Of a DNA stretch of 64,000 bases, positions 43,072 to 50,608 are shown one piece after another. The translations under genes were made by a program, and so were the position numbers. The notes under the pieces were generated by a model. That model was not told where the DNA came from, searched no databases, and was given only the letters and a program-made list of their open reading frames with translations. The DNA lies in assembly GCA_035529635.1 (NCBI GenBank), contig DATKWJ010000022.1, positions 1,362-65,361 on the forward strand. The letters run 5' to 3'. Numbering within the stretch: the first letter of the stretch is position 1; every line of letters starts with the position of its first letter. Source of the DNA: Patescibacteria group bacterium. GTDB lineage: Bacteria; Patescibacteriota; Minisyncoccia; Minisyncoccales; RBG-13-42-11.

Positions 43072-43155
43072 TATATCACAATGTCAAAATAAGTAAAAAT
43101 AAGCAGGAAAGTGCCATACTTGTTGATAAAATGAGGAAAAAGTGTGAAAAACACA
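43072..43155. other. second DnaA-box-like cluster upstream of dnaA
   Basis: TGTTGATAA (43121-43129; reverse complement TTATCAACA), TATATCACA (43072-43080) and the palindrome TGTGAAAAACACA (43143-43155). It lies between the divergent dnaA and rpmH. Confidence 0.4.
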
Positions 43156-43160
43156 GAATG

Positions 43161-43189
43161 TTGACGGCAATATTTTTTTCTGATATAAA
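43161..43189 (+). promoter_or_regulatory. promoter abutting the rpmH start (leaderless-type)
   Basis: TTGACG (43161-43166), 17-nt spacer, TATAAA (43184-43189), then 6 nt to the ATG at 43196. Confidence 0.45.
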
Positions 43190-43195
43190 TAGCAT

Positions 43196-43330
43196 ATGTC
43201 TGTCACTTATAACAAAAAAACGAAAAAAAGGAAAAGAACGCACGGCTTCAGAAAAAGAATGAAAACAAGCAACGGCAAGCGGACTTTGTCCAGGCGGAGA
43301 AATAAAAAAAGATGGAAATTGGCGGTTTAA
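43196..43330 (+). CDS. rpmH: 50S ribosomal protein L34 (absent from ORF track, under 60 aa)
   Basis: My manual translation is MSVTYNKKTKKRKRTHGFRKRMKTSNGKRTLSRRRNKKRWKLAV, with the L34 signature KRTHGFR.RM....G...L..RR.KGR. It lies immediately upstream of rnpA. Confidence 0.9.
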   Translation: MSVTYNKKTKKRKRTHGFRKRMKTSNGKRTLSRRRNKKRWKLAV

Positions 43331-43336
43331 GCGCTT

Positions 43337-43681
43337 ATGCTTTCGCAAAAGAACCGGATTCAAAAAAAGGATGATATTGAGAGAATTTTCAAGAAAGGGA
43401 AAAGTTTTAAGGAAGGTTCTTTACTTTTGAAAACATTGAAAAACGATTTAGACGCCAGCCGGTTCGGCTTTGTCGTTTCAAAGAAAATTTCAAAAAAAGC
43501 CCATATCAGGAACAAGATTAAGAGAAGATTAAGAGAAATAATCAGGTTGGAAATCAAATTATTGAAACCCGGCACAGATAATCTGTTTGTCGCGCTCCCC
43601 GGTCTGGAGAAAAAAGAAAAATTCGAGGATTTCAAAGAAATAGTCGGAAAACTTTTAAAGAAAGCCGATATACTGCCTTAA
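43337..43681 (+). CDS. rnpA: RNase P protein component
   Basis: 114 aa with RFGFVVSKKISKKAHIRNKIKRRLREI (the RNR motif region) in the conserved rpmH-rnpA order. Confidence 0.85.
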   Translation: MLSQKNRIQKKDDIERIFKKGKSFKEGSLLLKTLKNDLDASRFGFVVSKKISKKAHIRNKIKRRLREIIRLEIKLLKPGTDNLFVALPGLEKKEKFEDFKEIVGKLLKKADILP

Positions 43682-43890
43682 TGTTTTCAAAAGCAATTTT
43701 AAAAATCATAAGATTATATCAACTGCTGGTTTCCCCTGTTTTGGGCCGCCATTGCCGCTTTTACCCCAGCTGTTCCGAATATACGGCCGAGGCCGTCCGT
43801 AAATACGGGTTTTTAGAAGGACTGGCTAAGGGTTTCCACAGGATATTGAAATGCCAGCCTTTTAATAAAGGCGGCATAGATATGCCTTAG
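43681..43890 (+). CDS. yidD: membrane protein insertion efficiency factor YidD
   Basis: 69 aa with YQLLVSPVLGRHCRFYPSCSEYTAEAVRKYG. Confidence 0.9.
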   Translation: MFSKAILKIIRLYQLLVSPVLGRHCRFYPSCSEYTAEAVRKYGFLEGLAKGFHRILKCQPFNKGGIDMP

Positions 43891-43908
43891 TTGGAAATTT
43901 TCAAAATT

Positions 43909-44646
43909 ATGGATTTTTTAATTTCGATTTTCAATGTATTTTTATATCAGCCGCTGTTCAACGCTTTGGTTTTTTTGTATCAGTTTCTCCCGGGAAAAGA
44001 TTTCGGTATAGCCATAATTTCTTTAACCGTTGTTATTAGAATCGCTCTTTATCCTTTAATGCTGAAATCCATTAAATCTCAGAAAGCGCTTTCCGAATTA
44101 CAGCCGCGAATCCAGGAAATCCAGCAAAAATACAAGAATGACAAAGAACAGCAAGCCAAGGAAACAATGGCTTTGTACCGGAAAGAGAAAATCAATCCGT
44201 TCGGAGGCTGTTTCCCTCTTTTGATACAATTGCCGATCTTAATCGCCCTTTACAGAGTTTTTTGGAGAGGCATGTCGCCGGAAGCCATGAGCTATCTTTA
44301 CAGTTTCGTATCCAACCCCGGAGAGATAAACCCGACTTTTCTCGGTCTGATAAATTTGGCCGAACCGAATTTGGTTCTGGCCTTCCTGGCCGGCATCTGC
44401 CAATTTTTCCAAACGAAAATGATGATGTCCAAAAACAAGAAACCGGCCGGAGCCAAAGACCAGAAATCCCAGTTTGCGGACGTAATGCAGAAACAGATGC
44501 TTTATTTTTTTCCGTTTTTCACCGTTTTCATCCTTTGGAAGCTGCCGTCGGCCATCGGGCTTTACTGGTTGATTATCGCCCTTTTCTCGATTCTACAGCA
44601 ATATTTAGTTTTAAGACCGTCGTTAAAAACAAAACAAAATGTTTAA
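43909..44646 (+). CDS. yidC: YidC/Oxa1-family membrane insertase (short form)
   Basis: Contains LYQPLFNALVFLY, LQPRIQEIQQKYKNDKEQQAKETMALYRKEKINPFGGCFPLLIQLPILIALY. ATG 43909 is preferred; a TTG at 43891 is an alternative start. Confidence 0.85.
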   Translation: MDFLISIFNVFLYQPLFNALVFLYQFLPGKDFGIAIISLTVVIRIALYPLMLKSIKSQKALSELQPRIQEIQQKYKNDKEQQAKETMALYRKEKINPFGGCFPLLIQLPILIALYRVFWRGMSPEAMSYLYSFVSNPGEINPTFLGLINLAEPNLVLAFLAGICQFFQTKMMMSKNKKPAGAKDQKSQFADVMQKQMLYFFPFFTVFILWKLPSAIGLYWLIIALFSILQQYLVLRPSLKTKQNV

Positions 44647-45127
44647 TTCAGAAACAATAAAAACAATTGAAAAAATTATCAGCGAATTTTTCCAAAAATC
44701 CACCCTTGAGGCGGAGATGATTGAAGTCCGGGAAGAAGACGGAATTGTTTCCGTCAATCTCAGAACCGAGGAACCTCAGATTTTAATCGGCGAAGGGGGC
44801 CAAACTTTGGCTGATATCCAACATCTGTTGAAAATAATTCTGAAAAGAAAACTGGTTTCCCTTAATGAAGCGGATTTGGTTTCCGGATCTTTCTACCTTA
44901 ATCTTGATATTAATAATTATAAGCAAAAAAAATGCGAATACCTGAAGGAAATGGCAGCTGCGGCGGCCGATGAAGTCGCTCTGGATAAAAAAGAGAAAAT
45001 TTTGCCTGCCATGCTTCCTTACGAAAGGAGAATCGTCCATCTGGCTTTGGCCGACCGTTCGGATATCGTTACTGAGAGCATCGGCCAGGAACCGGAGAGG
45101 AAAATAGTCATACGCCCCAAATCTTGA
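44639..45127 (+). CDS. jag: Jag/KhpB-type KH + R3H RNA-binding protein
   Basis: 162 aa with a KH-like LIGEGGQTLADIQHLLK and the R3H region YERRIVHLAL. It occupies the conserved position after yidC. Confidence 0.8.
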   Translation: MFNSETIKTIEKIISEFFQKSTLEAEMIEVREEDGIVSVNLRTEEPQILIGEGGQTLADIQHLLKIILKRKLVSLNEADLVSGSFYLNLDINNYKQKKCEYLKEMAAAAADEVALDKKEKILPAMLPYERRIVHLALADRSDIVTESIGQEPERKIVIRPKS

Positions 45128-45162
45128 TTTAAGGCACTCGCTTAGGATTTCGAAACGTTCTG

Positions 45163-46956
45163 TCAAGCTAAATCTTTTTTAGCTTTTTTTATTTTCAAAA
45201 GTTCTTCCGGAGAAGTGGTAATGAATTGGTCTTCGGCGTAAGAAGCGATTACTTTCACGGCCACGCGTTTTTGACCGGCAAAGAAGATTCCTTCTCCGAT
45301 GTCACATTCCAGCAGTAGATATTTTTCTTCTTCGGTTATGTTGAAAGTTTTTTGAATGGTGGTGATGGCAGCCGGCGATTGCTTCATTAAAAACTGCAGA
45401 GAGGAGTTGGTGATGATCGGCTTGCCGTAATCGGATTTCATGAAATCGTTGACGTCTTGGGTGATGGTCGTCACACCTAGCCAGTATTTTCTTCCTCTCT
45501 TGCAAATACCGAACAGGAAAGAAGCACCTTCTTCAGACCGCATCATCCACCAGGCTTCGTCAACCACTAAAATTCTTTTCTTCAACTCCGACCTGACCTT
45601 GTTCCAAACGTAACGCATAACAATAAACATGGCTGTCGGCCTTAATTCGTCTTCCATATCCCTGATACCGAAAACAACGAGGGGTTTTTGGGTTGAAATG
45701 TTGGTCTGCTGGTTGAAAAAAGAGGCGAAAGTTCCTTTGGTGAATTTCCTTAATTTTCTGACCAAGGCTTCCGTTCCCTCCATACCCTCGAGAATCTGTT
45801 CTAAATCTTCCATCAAGGGAATTCTTTCCTGCCAGTCGGCCGGATCGGTCTCAAGAGTAATATCTTTGGCGGCGTAGGTTTCGGTCAGCGCCCTGTCTAT
45901 AATACTGTCTTCTTCCGGCGTCAAACCGCCCAGCATGATTCTCAAAAGGCCAACCAGGTTGATGATGTTCGAGCGGAGGACGTCTTCCGGATTTTCGTCT
46001 TCCTGGGGGACCGGCAAATCAAAAGGGTTGATGTGGTGGGGCGAAGACAGGGAAAAATTAAGGAAAGAGCCGCCGGTGGCATCAGCCAGATTCCTGTATT
46101 CGTTTTCCGGATCAAGGATTATCACATCCACGCCGGTCATCAGATATCTCAGGATTTCCAATTTGACCGCGTAAGATTTACCGGAGCCGGATTTGGCGAA
46201 AATCACGCTGTTGGCGTTTTCCAGACTGAAACGGTCGAACAATATCAAAGAGTTGTTATGCTTGTTGATGCCGTATAAAATCCCTTCGTTCGAACTTAAA
46301 TCAAAAGAAATAAAAGGGAAAATGGAAGAAAGGGGTTCCGTATTCATCGAGGTATGGACCTGGATTTGATCCAAGCCGTAGGGCGAGGTTGAATTGAATC
46401 CCTCTTTCTGTTGATAAAGGGTCGGTTTGATATAAATCAATTTCGATTCCAAAATCGACCTCAAAGTTATTTCCACTTCTTTTATCTTTTCAAGAGTATT
46501 GCCGTAAACGGTCAAATAAAGGCCGAATCTGAACATTTTTTCCTGAGCGGTCTGCAATTTATCCCTAAGATCTTCTAGATCCCGATAAGCCGTTTCTAAA
46601 ATCGGATTCCTGACCAGGCCCTTTTCTTCGTTTTCCATGATTTCCGCTTCCACTTCCGTCACTTTTCTTCTTAGTTGTTTCAAAATCATTCCCGTGTCAA
46701 CCGGATGAATGTGAAAACTGATATCCATAGGCTGGTCGAGGTTGATGATGGGAGACAGCCAGGCCGTACTCAGATATCTCGGATAAGAAAAGATGAAAAA
46801 CGATTTGGCAAATCTTCTGCCCAGTTTCAGATGGTCGGATTTCACCTCGATCGAAGAGGGCGCGATAATATCTTTGATTTCCACGGCTGGCGCTTCGAAA
46901 AAACTTTCCATCTCTGCCGAAGTTTTCTTTTTAAAATTGAAAAAAGGAAATTTCAT
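45163..46956 (-). CDS. VirB4/TraC-like type IV secretion ATPase
   Basis: 597 aa with Walker A FAKSGSGKSYAVK, Walker B RILVVDEAWWMM, and an N-terminal VirB4-type domain (FFIFSYPRYLSTAWLSPII). Confidence 0.8.
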   Translation of the reverse strand: MKFPFFNFKKKTSAEMESFFEAPAVEIKDIIAPSSIEVKSDHLKLGRRFAKSFFIFSYPRYLSTAWLSPIINLDQPMDISFHIHPVDTGMILKQLRRKVTEVEAEIMENEEKGLVRNPILETAYRDLEDLRDKLQTAQEKMFRFGLYLTVYGNTLEKIKEVEITLRSILESKLIYIKPTLYQQKEGFNSTSPYGLDQIQVHTSMNTEPLSSIFPFISFDLSSNEGILYGINKHNNSLILFDRFSLENANSVIFAKSGSGKSYAVKLEILRYLMTGVDVIILDPENEYRNLADATGGSFLNFSLSSPHHINPFDLPVPQEDENPEDVLRSNIINLVGLLRIMLGGLTPEEDSIIDRALTETYAAKDITLETDPADWQERIPLMEDLEQILEGMEGTEALVRKLRKFTKGTFASFFNQQTNISTQKPLVVFGIRDMEDELRPTAMFIVMRYVWNKVRSELKKRILVVDEAWWMMRSEEGASFLFGICKRGRKYWLGVTTITQDVNDFMKSDYGKPIITNSSLQFLMKQSPAAITTIQKTFNITEEEKYLLLECDIGEGIFFAGQKRVAVKVIASYAEDQFITTSPEELLKIKKAKKDLA

Positions 46957-46957
46957 A

Positions 46958-47578
46958 TTATTTTATTATTTCGGGAGGAATTTCCGGATAATAGCCGACT
47001 TCCGCTTCTTCCGGATGATACAAGCTCCAAAAAAATTCGATCAGTTCCAAAGTGTTGAGTGGAGTGCATTGCAAACCGCACCTTCTCAAACCGGAAGCCA
47101 CGAATTCTATCCTTTGCCATAATTGGGATTTGGATCTTTGGAATTGTTCTTCACTGATGCCGCTTTCTCTTTTACCTTTTAATTTGGGGATTTCAATCAG
47201 AGTATAAGGTACGGTGACGAAAAAGCTTTTGGCCAGGATTTGCCGGCCACCGACCAATTCATTAATGAATTTTCTGTATTCGGCGGTTTGGATTTTCATC
47301 AGTTCGTTTTTCTGGGACATTTCCATTTTTTTTAACTTGTCTAAATAACCGGTAATGTTCAGAATGCGTGATTGGATGACGATTTCAATGGAAAAATCCA
47401 AAGAGTTCAGAAAATTCTGAAATTGATAAATAATCGCCTGTTGTTCTTCTTCTGATTTTAAAGCGAAATTTAAAGAGGAAACCATTAAAATGCCTTTGAG
47501 AGATTTGTCTTTCAAAAGCACGGCCCCTTCTTTTATCTGTTCGATCTCCAAAAATTGCTGCGTGGATGTTTTAGCCAT
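46958..47578 (-). CDS. hypothetical T4SS-associated protein resembling a VirB4 N-terminal domain
   Basis: 206 aa. FLEIEQIKEGAVLLKDKSLKGILMVSSLNFALKSEEEQQAIIYQFQNFLNSLDFSIEIVIQSR resembles the VirB4/TrsE N-terminus. Its stop is 1 nt from the VirB4 start. Confidence 0.4.
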   Translation of the reverse strand: MAKTSTQQFLEIEQIKEGAVLLKDKSLKGILMVSSLNFALKSEEEQQAIIYQFQNFLNSLDFSIEIVIQSRILNITGYLDKLKKMEMSQKNELMKIQTAEYRKFINELVGGRQILAKSFFVTVPYTLIEIPKLKGKRESGISEEQFQRSKSQLWQRIEFVASGLRRCGLQCTPLNTLELIEFFWSLYHPEEAEVGYYPEIPPEIIK

Positions 47579-47580
47579 TT

Positions 47581-48006
47581 TTATTTTCTCGTTTTGGTTT
47601 CAATTTTAGTCTGTAATTTTTTAAGACGGCTTTTGGCCACTATTTTCAAAGGCAATTTTTCCTCGTTTTCCGTAATTTCGTCTTCAAGAGGTTTTATTTC
47701 TTTTTTGTAAATATTAATGGTGGGTTGTTCGTTTTTTTTCCAAATATAGATGTTGGAAGTGAGGCTGTATCTTAAAAAATTAGCCAGAACCGAGAGCAGG
47801 GATTTCCCTCCGATTTTCAGAAAAGCCAAAGCAGCTCCCCCTCCTATCAAAATGATAGAGCAGATCAAAAAAAGATAAAAAGGCAGCAAGAAATAAAGAA
47901 TAAAACAAATAACGGCAGCCATCCCAATATAAAGAACCTGTTTAAAAACCAAAGGTCCGATGATTTTCGCCTCTTCTTCGATGAATTGCGGAACAGTAAA
48001 TCTCAT
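47581..48006 (-). CDS. PrgI/VirB3-like small membrane protein
   Basis: 141 aa. MRFTVPQFIEEEAKIIGPLVFKQVLY is followed by two TM helices, the arrangement of PrgI-family proteins that precede VirB4 in Gram-positive-type T4SS. Confidence 0.5.
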   Translation of the reverse strand: MRFTVPQFIEEEAKIIGPLVFKQVLYIGMAAVICFILYFLLPFYLFLICSIILIGGGAALAFLKIGGKSLLSVLANFLRYSLTSNIYIWKKNEQPTINIYKKEIKPLEDEITENEEKLPLKIVAKSRLKKLQTKIETKTRK

Positions 48007-48031
48007 GATCGAGGTAAGATTAACGGAAATA

Positions 48032-48889
48032 TTAGTTTCCTTTATTTTTATTATAACAAGTTTTGTCTACCATGCCAAAACTTTTGCATAGGTTAAGCCA
48101 GTCGTTGACTCCCAGGTTTTCCGCCCTTGAACTCGGCTTGATGCTGTTTTTCACCAGCCAGTTTTCAATTGTTTCCCGGTCAGGATTTATTTTTTTCAAA
48201 TTATTGGTCAACTGTTTTCTTGGTTGGGAAAATCCCGCTTTGACGATTATAAAAAACCTTTCGCGTAATTGCTGCGGAAAGGGGCCGGGAATTATTCTAA
48301 TAATAACCGAGTCCACCTTCGGCCTGGGCCAGAAAGATTTTTTGGAAATATGGGAAATGATTTTAGCTTTGGCGTAAAACTGGACCGAGACAGCCAATAA
48401 GTTCATTCTAGGCGGTTCGGCGCAGATTCTCTGCCCCACTTCTTTCTGGACCACCAAAATCATTTCCTTCGGCGGCCGGTCCTCTTCCAGGAATTTTCTG
48501 ATTACGGCTGCTGTAAGATAAAAAGGAAGATTGGCCGCTATTTTGTAAGATTTGGGTTTCAGACTGCAGGACGCAGGATTGAATTTCAGGATATCTCCAT
48601 GGATAATTTCCACGTTTTCGACGTTTTGCCCGACCAGCAGATTTTTAAGCACTTCGGTTATCCTCTGGTCTTTTTCCACGGCAACCACTTTTTTAGCCAG
48701 CTTGGCCAGTTTGACGGTAAGAACCCCCAAGCCGGGTCCAATTTCCAAAACAGTTTCATCAGCTTTAATCCCGGCCGCCCTGACGATCCTTTCAATTATT
48801 TTTTTATCCGCCAAAAAATTCTGCCCTAGTCCCTTGGAAGGCAGAATAGCGTGTTTTTTAAGCAGGTTTTTGGCGCTTTTTTCCAACAT
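48032..48889 (-). CDS. rsmA: 16S rRNA (adenine1518/1519-N6)-dimethyltransferase
   Basis: 285 aa with GQNFL, SAM motif VLEIGPGLGVLT and NLPFYLT. Confidence 0.9.
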   Translation of the reverse strand: MLEKSAKNLLKKHAILPSKGLGQNFLADKKIIERIVRAAGIKADETVLEIGPGLGVLTVKLAKLAKKVVAVEKDQRITEVLKNLLVGQNVENVEIIHGDILKFNPASCSLKPKSYKIAANLPFYLTAAVIRKFLEEDRPPKEMILVVQKEVGQRICAEPPRMNLLAVSVQFYAKAKIISHISKKSFWPRPKVDSVIIRIIPGPFPQQLRERFFIIVKAGFSQPRKQLTNNLKKINPDRETIENWLVKNSIKPSSRAENLGVNDWLNLCKSFGMVDKTCYNKNKGN

Positions 48890-48930
48890 TAAAGCATTTT
48901 AGCACGATTTCGGGATTGTGGATAAGATTC

Positions 48931-48958
48931 TTGACTTTCCTGTTTGAAAAGCTAAAAT
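48931..48958 (+). promoter_or_regulatory. candidate promoter for the LysM-M23 gene
   Basis: TTGACT (48931-48936), 16-nt spacer, TAAAAT (48953-48958). The ATG is at 48974. Confidence 0.35.
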
Positions 48959-48973
48959 GGAAAAAGTTTACTA

Positions 48974-50116
48974 ATGTTGGATTATTTACGTAGTAAATTT
49001 TCATATGGGGCGGGGAAAAAAACTTCTCCGGCCGATAGTAAAAAATCAAATTATCTAACAGGAAAAATCAAGGGTTCTCTGAAGAACCCTCCTCTTTGTC
49101 TGGGGCTGGCCGCCCTTTTTTTGCTATTTATCGCCCTTATGGGCTGCTCTGGTCCGGCCGAGAAAGTTTTGCCCGATAAAAGTGATTTTCATCTTCTGGA
49201 AGAATCTGAGAAAGACGCTTTGTTTATTGATTCAACTAAAATCTCTTTGCCGGAATCCCCGGAATTTATTCTGGTGGATAATTTTATGCTTAAAGCCATT
49301 TCTCCTCCAGTGACTTTTTCTTCGCAGGTTTTGGGCTCTTTGGTAGCTGGTTATGAAGAGGAAGACGTTAAGATGGTTATTACCGAATATATCGTTGAAG
49401 AAGGAGACAGTTTACTGTCCTTGGCCGCCAAATTCAATATTTCTTTAAAAACCATTCTTTGGACCAATGATTTGACTGAAAAATCAATCATAAAACCGGG
49501 CGACAAGCTGGTTATTTTGCCGGTTTCAGGAGTTATTCATCACGTTAAAGATAAAGATACGATTTCCGGTGTTGCTCAAACCTATAAAGTTGAAATAGAT
49601 GAAATAATCGTTTTTAATCACCTTTCGGAAGGAGGCAGAATCTACGTCGGAGACATTCTTATTGTTCCTAACGGTACGATGCCCGCTCCCAGTGTCGCCC
49701 CTGTCAGCGTTCCTCTGGCTTCAAGCTATTTCTTCGTTCCGGTTTCTTCGCCTTATAAAATTACCCAGGGACTTCACTGGTATAATGCCATAGATTTTTC
49801 CCATGAAGGAAGCGCTTGCAGCAAACCGATTTATGCCGCGGCCGGTGGAACGGTTTTAAAGGTTCAATTGACGAGTTCCACTTCCCGTTGGGCCTTTGGC
49901 GGAGCCGGCAATCATATAACCATTTTGCATCCTAACGGAGTGGTGACAATGTACGGCCATATCAGCGCCAGTTTTGTCAATCCGGAAGAACAGGTTTTTC
50001 AAGGCCAGATTATAGCCCTAATCGGCGGCCAGCCGGGAACTCCGGGCGCCGGGCTTTCAACCGGCTGCCATCTGCATTTCGGAGTGACCGGAGCCAAAAA
50101 TCCTTTTGCCAGGTAA
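48974..50116 (+). CDS. lipoprotein with two LysM domains and an M23 peptidase domain
   Basis: 380 aa with lipobox LFIALMGCSG, LysM repeats (YIVEEGDSLLSLAAKFNISL; HHVKDKDTISGVAQTYKVEI) and M23 motifs HITILHPNG...YGH and GCHLHFGV. Confidence 0.85.
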   Translation: MLDYLRSKFSYGAGKKTSPADSKKSNYLTGKIKGSLKNPPLCLGLAALFLLFIALMGCSGPAEKVLPDKSDFHLLEESEKDALFIDSTKISLPESPEFILVDNFMLKAISPPVTFSSQVLGSLVAGYEEEDVKMVITEYIVEEGDSLLSLAAKFNISLKTILWTNDLTEKSIIKPGDKLVILPVSGVIHHVKDKDTISGVAQTYKVEIDEIIVFNHLSEGGRIYVGDILIVPNGTMPAPSVAPVSVPLASSYFFVPVSSPYKITQGLHWYNAIDFSHEGSACSKPIYAAAGGTVLKVQLTSSTSRWAFGGAGNHITILHPNGVVTMYGHISASFVNPEEQVFQGQIIALIGGQPGTPGAGLSTGCHLHFGVTGAKNPFAR

Positions 50117-50142
50117 TTTCAATCCTTCCTGATTTTTTAACT

Positions 50143-50179
50143 AAAAACCGACCATAATTTCATTAAGGTCGGTTTTTTT
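50143..50179 (+). terminator. rho-independent terminator
   Basis: AAAAACCGACC-(13 nt)-GGTCGGTTTTT followed by further T residues, 27 nt after the stop. Confidence 0.65.
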
Positions 50180-50204
50180 ATTCTTAAGCCGTTAACCGGC
50201 AAAC

Positions 50205-50594
50205 TTATTTATTGCTTGGTTTATTTTCCTGGCAGATGAGGCAGGTTTTGGCTTCGGGAAACGCTTTCAATCTTTCTTCCGGGATCTTTTTGCCGCATTT
50301 TTCGCAGATTCCGTATTCGCCTTTTTTGATTTTTTCCAAAGCTGAATTGATGTTTTTCAAACGCAATTCCAGATTATGCTCAACAGGCAGAAGGTTGCCG
50401 TATTCTTCCACTTCGTCAGCAGCTTCTTCAAGGGCGCCTGAACCCGCTCCACGGCCGTTGAAAAGAGGGAAGCGGGAGTCCCAGTCGCCTTTGAGCTTGT
50501 CGTCTTTCTTGGCAAATCCGGTCAGCTGCTTTTCAATGATTTTTTTGGTTTTTTCCAATTTTTCTTTTGATTCTTCGATAAGCTTTTTGTCCAT
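50205..50594 (-). CDS. DksA/TraR-family C4 zinc-finger protein
   Basis: Has a coiled-coil N-terminus and CEKCGKKIPEERLKAFPEAKTCLICQ. ATG 50594 (MDKKLIEESKEKL) is preferred because the track start overlaps the upstream gene. Confidence 0.75.
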   Translation of the reverse strand: MDKKLIEESKEKLEKTKKIIEKQLTGFAKKDDKLKGDWDSRFPLFNGRGAGSGALEEAADEVEEYGNLLPVEHNLELRLKNINSALEKIKKGEYGICEKCGKKIPEERLKAFPEAKTCLICQENKPSNK

Positions 50595-50608
50595 AAAATA
50601 TTTCGTTA

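Noticed and set aside
48917-48925. A perfect DnaA box (TGTGGATAA, reverse complement of TTATCCACA) in the rsmA/LysM-M23 divergent spacer.
   Set aside because: It is a single isolated 9-mer. One chance occurrence in 64 kb on two strands is roughly expected, with no neighbouring boxes or AT-rich unwinding element. The origin is better explained by the dnaA-flanking clusters.
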